A program made the translations under genes and the position numbers. From an uncultured Candidatus Rokubacteria bacterium (lineage in GTDB: Bacteria; Methylomirabilota; Methylomirabilia; Rokubacteriales; CSP1-6), in contig CAVWFS010000007.1 of the NCBI GenBank assembly GCA_963754315.1, forward strand, positions 320,001 to 384,000: a stretch of 64,000 nucleotides of DNA. The letters run 5' to 3'. Positions 11,029 to 20,572 of the stretch are shown piece after piece. A model generated the notes under the pieces. That model ran no database searches, had not been told where the DNA came from, and saw nothing but the letters and a program-made list of their open reading frames with translations. Within the stretch, counting starts at the first letter, position 1. The number at the start of each line of letters is the position of its first letter.

Positions 11029-11062
11029 TCCCCACGGACGCCCGCGCCCCCCGGCCGGGTCA

Positions 11063-11965
11063 TTGATGCTGTTCGGCTACACGCTCGACGTGTGGGCCAC
11101 CCAGCTCTTCATCGGGCTGGTCAATGGCTGCATCCTGATTCTGGTCGCGCAGGGACTGTCCATCGTGTTCGGTCTCATGGGCATCATCAACTTTGCCCAC
11201 GGGGTCTTTTACATGCTGGGAGCCTACGCGGGCTGGGTCACCGTGCGCGCGACCGGGAACTTCTGGCTGGCCCTGGTCGTCGCGCCCCTGGTGGTCGCCG
11301 TGGTGGGGGTGCTCGTCGAGGTGGGGGTCCTCCGGCGCATCTACGGAACCCGCAACGCGAACTTTGCCGGCGTCCTCGTGACCTACGGGCTGGCCATCAT
11401 GATTCCCGACGTCGTGCGGATGATCTTCGGGCGTCCGGGGAAGCCCTTCGCCGTGCCGAGCGCTCTCACCGGCACGCTCTTCACCTTCGGCGGCACCGAC
11501 ATCGGACGCTACCGGATCTTCATCATCGGTATCACGGCGGCCCTGCTTCCCCTCCTCTGGCTGCTTCTCAACCGCACCAATCTCGGCATGGTGATCCGTG
11601 CCGGCACCAGCGACAACCTCATGGTGCAACTGCTCGGGATCAACGTGGCGCGCACGTGGACGGTAACCTATGCGCTGGGCGCCGCCCTGGCCGCCCTGGC
11701 GGGAGTCATCACGGCGCCACTGATCGCGGTGGCGCCCGAGATGGGAGGCCTCATCCTCATTGAGTGCTTTATCGTCACCGTCGTGGGTGGCATGGGCAGC
11801 TTCGGAGGCCCCATTGCCGGAGGCCTGCTGATCGGCACCGTCTTGGCCATCACCGGCATGCTCTATGACGTGCTGGCCGACGTCGTGATCTACGTGCTCA
11901 TGGCGGTCGTGCTTCTCGTGCGGCCGCGCGGCCTGTTCGGGCAGGAAGGGGTCTCCGAGGAGTGA
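11063..11965 (+). CDS. Branched-chain amino acid ABC permease (LivH-like)
   Basis: GLSIVFGLMGIINFAHG and VVGGMGS; multi-TM. Confidence 0.9.
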   Translation: MMLFGYTLDVWATQLFIGLVNGCILILVAQGLSIVFGLMGIINFAHGVFYMLGAYAGWVTVRATGNFWLALVVAPLVVAVVGVLVEVGVLRRIYGTRNANFAGVLVTYGLAIMIPDVVRMIFGRPGKPFAVPSALTGTLFTFGGTDIGRYRIFIIGITAALLPLLWLLLNRTNLGMVIRAGTSDNLMVQLLGINVARTWTVTYALGAALAALAGVITAPLIAVAPEMGGLILIECFIVTVVGGMGSFGGPIAGGLLIGTVLAITGMLYDVLADVVIYVLMAVVLLVRPRGLFGQEGVSEE

Positions 11966-13746
11966 TCGCGGGCTTTCTCGAGCGCCGCGGCCTCCTGGTG
12001 GCCGCGGCGTTGCTCCTCCTGGCTCCCCTCGTGGCCGACTACACGCCGTTCTACCTGGCGCTGCTGACCGAAGTTCTCGTGTTTGGCCTCTTCGCCCTGG
12101 CCTACGACATTCTCCTCGGCCACACGGGCGTCTTGTCCCTGGGGCACTCCGCCTTCATCGGGGTGGCGGCCTACACGACGGGCATCCTGCTGTCGCGCTG
12201 GCGGCAGATGCCGGTGGAGCTTGCTGTGCTCGCCGGCGCCGCCGGTGGCCTCGCCGTGGCTCTGCTCCTGGGGCCGCTCGTTCTCCGCAAGCGCGGTGTC
12301 TACTTCGCCATGCTGACCCTCGCGCTGTCGCAGGTGTTCTACTACGCGGTCCTCATGTGGACACCCGTCACCGGTGGCACCGATGGTCTCGGCAACCTTC
12401 CCCGCCTGTTCCTGAGTGCGCCTCTGGGGGGTGTTCGCCTGTCCAAGCGTCCCCTCGCCCTCTATTTCACGGTGGCGGTCGTCGTCTTCGTGGCCATGCT
12501 CGTCATCCGCCGCATCCTGCGCTCGCCCTACGGGCGGGTCATGCGGGCGGTCAAGGCCAACGAGCGGAGGGCTCAGGCCTGCGGCTACAACACGACGCGG
12601 GTCAAGCTCGTCGCCTTCGTGCTGTCGGGCCTCTTCTCCGGCCTCGCCGGTGGTCTACTGACCGTCACCCTGGAGTTCGTGCCCATCGAGAACATTTACT
12701 GGTCGATGTCGGGGACGGTGCTCATCATGACCCTGTTCGGCGGCACCGGGACTCTGCTCGGTCCGTTTGTGGGCTCCGCCGTCTTCGTCTGGATGCGTGA
12801 CTTTCTGTCCAAGAAGCTCGAGTACTGGGAAGTCTTCGTCGGGGCAGGCTTCGTCCTGATCGTTCTCTTCATGCCGGAAGGGATCGTCGGTACCCTGCGG
12901 CACCTCTGGCGCTCCCGCCGCGCGACGCCGCCGGCGCCAGCTCCCACCATCGAGGCTTTGCCGGATGCGATCGGCCCCATCGCTCCCGCCCGGAAGCCAG
13001 CGAACGGCAGCGCTCCCCTGCTGGAGAGCCGCGGTCTCACCATGCGCTTCGGCGGGCTCACCGCCGTCGACGCCGTGGATTTTCAGGTCCGGCCAGGCGA
13101 ACTGCGCGCTGTGATCGGCCCCAATGGCGCCGGCAAGACGACGTTCTTCAACATGCTCACGGGAGTGCTGCCGCCGACGGACGGCCAGATCCTTTTTCAG
13201 GGGCAGGACATCACAGCTCTGCCCGCGCACGCTGTGTCTCGCCTCGGGATCGCGCGGTCGTATCAGGTGACGAACATCTTCGCCGATCTCACCGTGCTCG
13301 AGAATGTCCGGATCGCTGCCCAATCCCGAGTCACGACCTACAATCTCTGGGCGAATGCGGACCGCTTGGTTGCCGTGAACGAACGGGCCGCGACCATCCT
13401 GGCCCTGCTCGGGCTCGCGGACAAACGAAACCTGTTGGCCGGTGCTCTGTCGCATGGGGAGCAGCGCTACCTGGAGATCGGCATCGCGCTCGCCACCGAG
13501 CCTGCCTTCCTGCTGCTTGACGAGCCGACGGCCGGTATGAGCCCTGAAGAGACGAAGCGGACGGCAGAGTTCATCCGCAGCATCGCCGGCTCGGTCACCA
13601 TCGTGCTGGTCGAGCACGACATGGAAGTCGTGATGGGTGTCTCCGACCGCATCACCGTCCTGAACTACGGCCGCGTGCTGGCCGAGGGCACGCCGGCCGA
13701 AATCCGTGAGAACGCCGACGTGCGCCGAGTCTACCTGCGCGATTAG
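11962..13746 (+). CDS. Fused LivM-like permease / LivG-like ATP-binding protein
   Basis: N-half has GHTGVLSLGH and GVYFAMLTLA. C-half has Walker A GPNGAGKT, LSHGEQ and LLLDEPTAG. Confidence 0.88.
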   Translation: MIAGFLERRGLLVAAALLLLAPLVADYTPFYLALLTEVLVFGLFALAYDILLGHTGVLSLGHSAFIGVAAYTTGILLSRWRQMPVELAVLAGAAGGLAVALLLGPLVLRKRGVYFAMLTLALSQVFYYAVLMWTPVTGGTDGLGNLPRLFLSAPLGGVRLSKRPLALYFTVAVVVFVAMLVIRRILRSPYGRVMRAVKANERRAQACGYNTTRVKLVAFVLSGLFSGLAGGLLTVTLEFVPIENIYWSMSGTVLIMTLFGGTGTLLGPFVGSAVFVWMRDFLSKKLEYWEVFVGAGFVLIVLFMPEGIVGTLRHLWRSRRATPPAPAPTIEALPDAIGPIAPARKPANGSAPLLESRGLTMRFGGLTAVDAVDFQVRPGELRAVIGPNGAGKTTFFNMLTGVLPPTDGQILFQGQDITALPAHAVSRLGIARSYQVTNIFADLTVLENVRIAAQSRVTTYNLWANADRLVAVNERAATILALLGLADKRNLLAGALSHGEQRYLEIGIALATEPAFLLLDEPTAGMSPEETKRTAEFIRSIAGSVTIVLVEHDMEVVMGVSDRITVLNYGRVLAEGTPAEIRENADVRRVYLRD

Positions 13747-14451
13747 ATGCTCCGCCTCGAGGCGATCGACACCTACTACGGCCTCAGCCACGTCCTACAG
13801 TCAGTGTCCCTCACCGTGAACGCGGGGGAAGCGGTGGCCCTCCTCGGCCGCAACGGGGCCGGGAAGACCACGACCCTCAAAACCATCATGGGGGTGCTCA
13901 AGCCACGCCGCGGGCGTGTCCAGCTCGAGACCCGGGACATCACGGGCGCCCCGCCCCACCGCATCGTGCAGATGGGCATCGGCTACGTCCCCGAGGAGCG
14001 GCGCATTTTCCCGAACCTGACCGTGTACGAGAACCTCAAGATGGCCCGGCTGATGGTGGACGGTGGGCGACGTATGGACGACTACCTCGATCGCGTGCTC
14101 GGACTCTTCCCGCCCCTCAAGGCTCGCCTCCGCAACCGGGGCCGATCATTGAGCGGTGGCGAGCAGCAGATGCTGGCCATGGCCCGCAGCCTCGGCACGG
14201 AACCGCGCTTGCTCCTCATCGACGAGCCGACCGAAGGCCTCATGCCGGCGTTCGTGGAGACGATCGGCCAGACCATCCTGGACATTCAGCGCCAGGGCCT
14301 GGCTGTGCTCCTCGTGGAGCAGAACACCAAGCTCGCCCTGGACGCTACCCAGCGCGTGTATCTCATCGAGAAGGGTGTCATCCGCTATGAGGGCGCCTCG
14401 GCCGCACTGAAGCACGACGCGGCGACCCGTCTGCGCTACCTCGGCGTGTAG
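13747..14451 (+). CDS. Branched-chain amino acid ABC ATP-binding protein (LivF-like)
   Basis: GRNGAGKT, VPEERRIF, LSGGEQQM and LLIDEPTEGL. Confidence 0.9.
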   Translation: MLRLEAIDTYYGLSHVLQSVSLTVNAGEAVALLGRNGAGKTTTLKTIMGVLKPRRGRVQLETRDITGAPPHRIVQMGIGYVPEERRIFPNLTVYENLKMARLMVDGGRRMDDYLDRVLGLFPPLKARLRNRGRSLSGGEQQMLAMARSLGTEPRLLLIDEPTEGLMPAFVETIGQTILDIQRQGLAVLLVEQNTKLALDATQRVYLIEKGVIRYEGASAALKHDAATRLRYLGV

Positions 14452-14480
14452 GAGATCTGCGCGACCTCGGCGTGTAGGAG
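14431..14480 (+). repeat. Tandem duplication (26-bp period) of the livF-like 3' end
   Basis: CTGCGCTACCTCGGCGTGTAGGAG at 14431 and CTGCGCGACCTCGGCGTGTAGGAG at 14457 (1 mismatch in 24). Confidence 0.8.
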
Positions 14481-14490
14481 GGCGAGCGTC

Positions 14491-17340
14491 TCAGAGCTTT
14501 CCGAGTGCCCGCAGCACGACGTCGGGGGTGATTGGCACCTGGGTAACACGCGCGCGGAGGGGAGCGAGAGCGTCGTTGACGGCGTTCAGGACGGCTCCCG
14601 GGGCGCCCGCGACGCCGCCTTCCCCGGCTCCCTTGAAACCGCCCTCCGAGTACGCCGTCGGCGTCTCGACGTGGCCGACCCAGATGTCGGGGACCTCATA
14701 CGCCATGGGCACCAGGTAGTCCATCATGGTCGAGGTCAGGAGCTGGCCCTGCTCGTCGTAGACGCAATGTTCCCAGAGCGCGTCGCCGAGCCCGTGCACG
14801 ACACCGCCCCGGACCTGCTCGTCGACCAGCATGGGGTTGATGATTCGCCCGCAATCCTCGGCGACCCAGTGGCCGAGGAGCCGGACGAATCCCGTATCGA
14901 CATCGACCTCCAGGTAGGAGAGCTGCACACCGTTCGTGTACGCGAGCGGCTGGTGGCGTGGAACATAGTGCCGCGTCACCGTCAGCTCGGACTGAAAGTC
15001 CTTGGGCAAGGTGTCGGGGCGGAAGTACGCGATGCGGCCCAGCTCCCCGAGCGGCATCCGGACCTCACCGGTACGCCCATCCACGATCTGGCCTCGGCGA
15101 ATATCGAGCGCGAGCGGATCGACGTCGAAGAGGGCGGCCGCCACCTTCAGGATGTTCTCCCGCAAGGCCTTGCCGCTCTGCAGGGTTGCCTCCCCTCCGA
15201 TGGCCGCCGCGCGGCTACCCCAGGTGCCGCCACCATAGGGCGTGACGAGGGTGTCGCCCGTCACCACGCGGACATCCTCGATGGCGACCCCCACGGCCGT
15301 GGCTGCCACCTGAGCCAGGATGGTGTCCGTTCCCTGCCCCTGCTCGGTCACGCTGGCGATGACCGTCAGCTTGCCCGTGGGCTCCAGACGGATGGTCGTT
15401 CCGTCCTGAGAGCTGATCCGTGCTCCGCCCGTTCCGTAGGTGGCGGCGCCAGGAGCCGTCAGGTCCAAGAAGACGCACAGACCCAACCCTCGGTATACAC
15501 CACGAGCACGAAGCGCATCGCGCTCTCGACAGAGCGTCGCATAGTCCGCGATCCTGAGGACTTCGGCCAGCGACTCCTCGTGGGAAAGCTTCTCGAAGAA
15601 TAGTCCGGAGGGCGCCGTGTAGGGGTACATCTCGCGAGTCAGGAGATTCTTGTGTCGCACCTCGACGGGATCGAGGCCGAGCTCGCGGGCGACTCGATCG
15701 ACGGTGGCCTCCATGACCAGGGCCGCCACCGGATGGCCGACCGCGCGATACTGGGACATCGAGGTCTTGTTCTGGTACACGACCCGGCCACGCGCACGAT
15801 AGTTTCGGAAACGGTAGGGCCCGGGTGTCGTGCGCAGCACCTGGCCGCACTCGACGACGCTGGAGCGCGGGTACATCGAGAATGGTCCGACCCCAGTGAG
15901 GTCGTCGAGGGTCATGCCGAGGATGGTCCCGTCCCGTTTCGCCGCGACCTCCACGGATACCCGATGGTCCCGCGAGTGGATGTCGGTCTGGAAGGACTCC
16001 ACCCGGTCCGCCACGAACTTCACAGGCCGCCCGAGTTTGACCGCGAGCGCGCAGGTGGCCATCTCGTCGGGATATGTATGGATCTTGAGGCCGAAGCTCC
16101 CCCCCACGTCCTTGTTGATCACACGCACGCGATGCTCCGGAAGTGAGAGGTGCCGGGCGAGGAGATCATGGAGCATGTACGGGGCCTGACCTGAGTGGTA
16201 GACGGTCAAGGTCCCCTCGCTGGGCTCGTAGTCCGCCAGCACCACCCGGGGCTCCAAGCTCACCACCGTATGGCGACCGGTGACGAACGTCTCCCGATAG
16301 ATGACATCAGCCTCGGCGAAAGCCCCGCTGAGGTCGCCTGCTTCGATCTTCGACTCGAGGGCGAGGTTGTCGCCGAGATCCGGGTGGATCACGGTCGCTC
16401 CCGGGGCCAGCGCGACCTCGGGATCGACCACCGGGGGCAGCGAGTCCCACTCGACCCGCACCTTGGCACAACCATCCTCAGCGAGGGCGCGACTCTCCGC
16501 CACAACCGCCACCACCGGCTCTCCTTGCCACACGGCCTTGTCGATGGCGAGCGCCGGCTGTGGTGCTGACTTCATGCCCGGGTAGTTGAGCAAGACACCC
16601 ACCCAGGGAGTGCAGAGCCGGGCCATCTCTTCGCCGGTGACGACAGCCGCCACGCCTGGGAGGGCCAGTGCCTCTGACGTCTCGATGCTGACGATCCGCG
16701 CATGGGCGTGCGGGGATCGAACGAACGCGGCGTGAAGCATGCGGGGCAGCTTCACGTCATCGGTGAACGTGCCGCGGCCGGCGACCAGCCGCGCTGTCTG
16801 GGGCCGCATCACCGAGCGGCCGATGTATCCCTCCTCGTGGTCTCCGGAGGGAGCCGGTGAGGTGGCCGCCGTCGTCGTCGCCGCCGCTCGGCCGACGGCC
16901 TGCACGATGGCGTGATAGCCCGTACAGCGGCAATAGTTCGCCGCGATGGCCTCACGGATGGCGGTCTCGTCCGGACGCGGCATCTGTCGGAGCAACTCGC
17001 ACGCCGTGAGCAGCATCCCCGGAGTACAGAATCCGCATTGCAGCGCGTTCTCGGCACGAAAGGCGCGCTGAAGGTCGGTGATCTCGCCTCGTTCGCTCAC
17101 ACCCTCGATGGTCTCTACACGACAGCCGTCGGCCTGCACGGCCAGCATCAGGCATCCCCGCACCAGCCGGCCGTCCACGCGGACGGTGCACGCCCCGCAG
17201 ACTCCGTGCTCGCACCCGATGTGCGAGCCCGTCAAGCCCAGCTCGTCACGAAGAAAATCGACGAGGTGCTGCCGAGGCTCGACAGCGCGGCGAACAGCTT
17301 GGCCGTTGACGTCAAGAGCGATCTCGACACGAAAGCTCAT
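14491..17340 (-). CDS. Xanthine oxidase-family molybdoenzyme: 2Fe-2S (CoxS-like) fused to molybdopterin-binding (CoxL-like) subunit
   Basis: N-terminal GCEHGVCGAC, QCGFC and NYCRCTGY; then GGSFGLK, QYRAVG, EQGQG and GFKGAGEGG. Confidence 0.9.
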   Translation of the reverse strand: MSFRVEIALDVNGQAVRRAVEPRQHLVDFLRDELGLTGSHIGCEHGVCGACTVRVDGRLVRGCLMLAVQADGCRVETIEGVSERGEITDLQRAFRAENALQCGFCTPGMLLTACELLRQMPRPDETAIREAIAANYCRCTGYHAIVQAVGRAAATTTAATSPAPSGDHEEGYIGRSVMRPQTARLVAGRGTFTDDVKLPRMLHAAFVRSPHAHARIVSIETSEALALPGVAAVVTGEEMARLCTPWVGVLLNYPGMKSAPQPALAIDKAVWQGEPVVAVVAESRALAEDGCAKVRVEWDSLPPVVDPEVALAPGATVIHPDLGDNLALESKIEAGDLSGAFAEADVIYRETFVTGRHTVVSLEPRVVLADYEPSEGTLTVYHSGQAPYMLHDLLARHLSLPEHRVRVINKDVGGSFGLKIHTYPDEMATCALAVKLGRPVKFVADRVESFQTDIHSRDHRVSVEVAAKRDGTILGMTLDDLTGVGPFSMYPRSSVVECGQVLRTTPGPYRFRNYRARGRVVYQNKTSMSQYRAVGHPVAALVMEATVDRVARELGLDPVEVRHKNLLTREMYPYTAPSGLFFEKLSHEESLAEVLRIADYATLCRERDALRARGVYRGLGLCVFLDLTAPGAATYGTGGARISSQDGTTIRLEPTGKLTVIASVTEQGQGTDTILAQVAATAVGVAIEDVRVVTGDTLVTPYGGGTWGSRAAAIGGEATLQSGKALRENILKVAAALFDVDPLALDIRRGQIVDGRTGEVRMPLGELGRIAYFRPDTLPKDFQSELTVTRHYVPRHQPLAYTNGVQLSYLEVDVDTGFVRLLGHWVAEDCGRIINPMLVDEQVRGGVVHGLGDALWEHCVYDEQGQLLTSTMMDYLVPMAYEVPDIWVGHVETPTAYSEGGFKGAGEGGVAGAPGAVLNAVNDALAPLRARVTQVPITPDVVLRALGKL

Positions 17341-18179
17341 GGCCGACTGCCCTCGAGCTGCTGCCTCACGCGTTGCAGCAGGACGCGGGCGAGATGCCGG
17401 CGTAGAGCGGAGCTGCCGTGAATGTCGCCCGGAGGATCGAGGTCGCTGTCCAGGGCCGCCTCTGCTCCGTGGCCGGCGGCGATCGCCGCCTCGGCGGCGG
17501 TGGCTCGGCGCGGCGTAGGGCCCACGCCAAAAAAGACCAGGCGAATCACGTCCACCACGTCGTCGCGTACGGCAGCATGGGCCGCGAGACCGACAAGCGC
17601 ATAGTCTCCGTGGCGACGCGCCAGCTCAGCGAAGGCGGACCGCGCCCCGTGGCCCACGGGAGGGATGACGACCTCGGCGAGAAGCTCGCCGGGCTCGAGC
17701 GCCGTGGTGTAGATACCGCGAAAGAAGTCGGCGGCGCGGATGGTGCGTCCGCCGCCAAGCCGGGCGGTGCGGATGGTCGCGTCGAGGGCAACCACGCAGG
17801 CGGGCAGCTCCGCTGCCGGATCGGCGAGGGCCAGACTGCCTCCGAATGTTCCCCGGGTCCGGATCGCGTGGTGTCCCACGTGCGGCATGGCCGCCGCGAT
17901 AAGCGGCGCATGGGCGGCCACCAGGGGCGAGTGCTCGACGGCTTCGTGGCGCGCCAGCGCCCCGATCACCAGTCCCTCGGGAGTCAGGCGGATCTGGTCC
18001 AGGCTCGGGAGCCGGTTGATGTCGATCAGGGCACTTGGTGTTGCCAGCCGCATGTTGAGGACGGGAACGAGGCTCTGCCCGCCCGCCAGGATCCGCCCAT
18101 CGTCTCCGTATCGAGCCAGCAGATCGAAGGTCTCGTCTAGCGAGGCCGGCCGGTGGTACGCGAAGGGCGCTGGCTTCAC
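17337..18179 (-). CDS. FAD-binding (CoxM-like) subunit of the molybdoenzyme
   Basis: MKPAPFAYHRP, LAGGQSLVP, IRTRGTFGGS and ARRHGDYA; 4-nt overlap with the S-L gene. Confidence 0.9.
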   Translation of the reverse strand: MKPAPFAYHRPASLDETFDLLARYGDDGRILAGGQSLVPVLNMRLATPSALIDINRLPSLDQIRLTPEGLVIGALARHEAVEHSPLVAAHAPLIAAAMPHVGHHAIRTRGTFGGSLALADPAAELPACVVALDATIRTARLGGGRTIRAADFFRGIYTTALEPGELLAEVVIPPVGHGARSAFAELARRHGDYALVGLAAHAAVRDDVVDVIRLVFFGVGPTPRRATAAEAAIAAGHGAEAALDSDLDPPGDIHGSSALRRHLARVLLQRVRQQLEGSRP

Positions 18180-19201
18180 GCGCTCGCCCTGTCGTGAGCG
18201 GCTACCACACCCGGTGTGATGACGGTCTTGACGCCCCGGGCGGCCGCCGCATGCGCGAAGGCGTCGGTGATCTGAGCAAGGGGAAAGCGGGCAGTGATCA
18301 GCTCCTGAACACCCAGCGAGGGCAAGAGCTTCAGCGCCCGACGAAACGACGTCCCGCGGCCGAACGCCCCGTGGATCGTCAGCTCGCGATAGTGAACCTG
18401 AAAGAGGTCGAGGGCCAGGGGGGCGCCGGCCGGGCTTACCCCGACGAGCTGCACGATCCCCTTTGGTTTCGTCAGGGCCAGAGCCTCGGCCACCAGCTCG
18501 GGCTTGCCGACGGCCTCGCAGGCGACGTCCGGACCACGACCCTGCGTCAGTTCGGCCACGGCCTCGCGGAGCGACTCGCGCGAGGGGTCGATGACGGCGG
18601 CGGCGCCCAGCCGGCTGGCAATGTCACGGCGCTCGGCCATCGGGTCCGACAGGATGGCGCGTGCTGCGCCTCGCTTGAGCGCGAGAACCATGGTCAGAAG
18701 GCCCATGATCCCGCCCCCGATGACCAGCACGGTCGCCGCCCGTGGCATTCGAAACATCTCGAGCCCAGCCAGGCAGCACGCAGCTGGTTCCGTCATGGCC
18801 GCCGTGGCGGGATCGAGCCCATCGGGCAGAACATGGACGGCACGGAGCGGCAAGACTGCCCGTTCCGCGAATCCACCGACACGCGTCAGCTTGCTGCAGT
18901 GGCTCACGCGGTGGGCTCGGCACTCCACACACGCGCCGCAGCCATAGTTCGGTTCGCACGCCACTTCGCGGCCGATCAGGCTTCGGTCGACACGCAGGCC
19001 AACCTCACGCACCACCCCGGTATACTCGTGGCCCAGCACCACCGGGGGACGGTACGGGAACAGACCCTGTGTCGCGTGCACATCGGTGCCGCAGATCCCG
19101 GCGGTGTGAATGTCCACCAGCACGTCCCCTCGCCTTAGGGCGGTGTCCGCGACGTCGTCGATCGTGAAGCGCGACTCCCCGTGCCATGTTGCAACCCTCA
19201 T
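18176..19201 (-). CDS. Zn-dependent alcohol dehydrogenase (MDR family)
   Basis: GICGTDVH, GHEYTG, CGACVEC...C and GGGIMG. GGAGG RBS before ATG 19201. Confidence 0.88.
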   Translation of the reverse strand: MRVATWHGESRFTIDDVADTALRRGDVLVDIHTAGICGTDVHATQGLFPYRPPVVLGHEYTGVVREVGLRVDRSLIGREVACEPNYGCGACVECRAHRVSHCSKLTRVGGFAERAVLPLRAVHVLPDGLDPATAAMTEPAACCLAGLEMFRMPRAATVLVIGGGIMGLLTMVLALKRGAARAILSDPMAERRDIASRLGAAAVIDPSRESLREAVAELTQGRGPDVACEAVGKPELVAEALALTKPKGIVQLVGVSPAGAPLALDLFQVHYRELTIHGAFGRGTSFRRALKLLPSLGVQELITARFPLAQITDAFAHAAAARGVKTVITPGVVAAHDRASA

Positions 19202-19304
19202 CCTGTCCTCCAGCCACCCGTTTGGATCAGCTGCACTACCATGCCGCAAGGCAAGAACCCGGTCCAGCCTCCCGGTTATGATTCAATGGGTACGCCGACC
19301 GCAA

Positions 19305-19510
19305 GGGGGACGGGGGGCTAGGGGGCCCTCGGCCCCACAGAGCGCGCGTAAAACCGAGGGGTGGCCCGGGTGTCCCGGGCCGCCCCGAACGAAGGGGGGC
19401 CGGGGGCCTTTCGGGCCCCGCAGAGCGCGCGTAAAACCGAGGGGTGGCCCGGGTGTCCCGGGCCGCCCCGAACGAAGGGGGGCCAGGGGGGCCCTTTCGA
19501 GGCCCCCCTT
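19305..19510. repeat. REP/BIME-like element, locus 2: two identical 64-bp cores with an 83-bp period, plus flanking hairpins
   Basis: CAGAGCGCGCGTAAAACCGAGGGGTGGCCCGGGTGTCCCGGGCCGCCCCGAACGAAGGGGGGCC at 19338-19401 and 19421-19484. The reverse complement has the same hairpin order as loci 1 and 3. Confidence 0.8.
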
Positions 19511-19514
19511 CCAA

Positions 19515-20537
19515 ATGACACGAAAGGCAGTGCTCCTCGTGACTGGGGCGAGCGGTGAGCTGGGGCACGGGTTGATCCACCATCTCGCCGAACGCGGCGC
19601 GAGTATCCTCGCCCTTGACATCCGAGCCATGGACCCCGATCTTGCCCGGCGCTGCACGGCGACGCGCATCGGCGATATTCTCGATCATCACCTCCTCGAG
19701 CGCCTGATCAGCGAGTTCGAGATCTCGGAGATCTTTCACCTGGCCGCGCTCTTGTCTACCCGAGCGGAGTTTGTCCCGGAGACCGCCCACCAAGTCAACG
19801 TCCAAGGCACCCTCAACCTGCTACGCGTGGCGATGGAAGAGGCTCGTTCGCTTGGCCAGCCCGTCAAGTTCCTCTTCCCGAGCTCCATCGCCGTCTATGG
19901 CCTGCCCGATCTCGCCACCAAGCAAGAGGCGGGTCGGGTCGGCGAGCAAGAGTGGTTGGCGCCGGTCACCATGTATGGGTGCAACAAGCTCTATTGCGAG
20001 CATCTGGGTCGGTACTACGCACGCCACTACCGCCAGCTCTTTGCCCTCGACGAGCCCCGAGGGATCGACTTTCGCGCCATTCGCTTTCCCGGGCTTATCT
20101 CGGCCCTCACCGTGCCGAGCGGAGGGACGAGTGACTATGCGCCCGAGATGGTTCACGCGGCGGCTCAGCGCCGCCCGTATGCCTGCTTCGTACGGGAAGA
20201 TACGCGGATCCCCTTCATGGCTATGCCCGACGCCATCGATGCCCTGCTCGCCCTCATGCGGGCCCCGGCCGAGGCCCTCAGCAGCGTCGTCTACAACGTA
20301 TCGGCTTTCAACCCAAGCGCGCAGGAGCTGGCCGCGCGAGTCCGCCAGGCGATCCCCGATGCCCGGATCTCCTTCGCCCCCGATTCCCGCCGGCAGGCCA
20401 TCCTCGATTCCTGGCCGGAGGACGTCGACGACTCGCGCGCGCGGCGCGACTGGGGCTTTGCCCCTCGCCTCGACCTGGAGCGGGCCCTCTCCGAGTATTT
20501 GGTTCCCAACATCCAGCGCCAGCATGTCACCGGCTGA
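19515..20537 (+). CDS. tdh: L-threonine 3-dehydrogenase, extended SDR type
   Basis: [28 protein letters not shown] and GGTSDYA; adjacent to kbl. Start trimmed to ATG 19515. Confidence 0.8.
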   Translation: MTRKAVLLVTGASGELGHGLIHHLAERGASILALDIRAMDPDLARRCTATRIGDILDHHLLERLISEFEISEIFHLAALLSTRAEFVPETAHQVNVQGTLNLLRVAMEEARSLGQPVKFLFPSSIAVYGLPDLATKQEAGRVGEQEWLAPVTMYGCNKLYCEHLGRYYARHYRQLFALDEPRGIDFRAIRFPGLISALTVPSGGTSDYAPEMVHAAAQRRPYACFVREDTRIPFMAMPDAIDALLALMRAPAEALSSVVYNVSAFNPSAQELAARVRQAIPDARISFAPDSRRQAILDSWPEDVDDSRARRDWGFAPRLDLERALSEYLVPNIQRQHVTG

Positions 20538-20572
20538 GCGCGTGCTGGTGGCACACGCAGGGAGGGACTGAC

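Noticed and set aside
14491..17340. Aerobic CO dehydrogenase (coxL)
   Set aside because: It lacks the form I AYxCSFR motif, and no coxDEFG genes are adjacent.
19338..19484. CRISPR-like repeat-spacer pattern
   Set aside because: Only two 64-bp copies, separated by a related hairpin rather than a unique spacer, and no cas genes.
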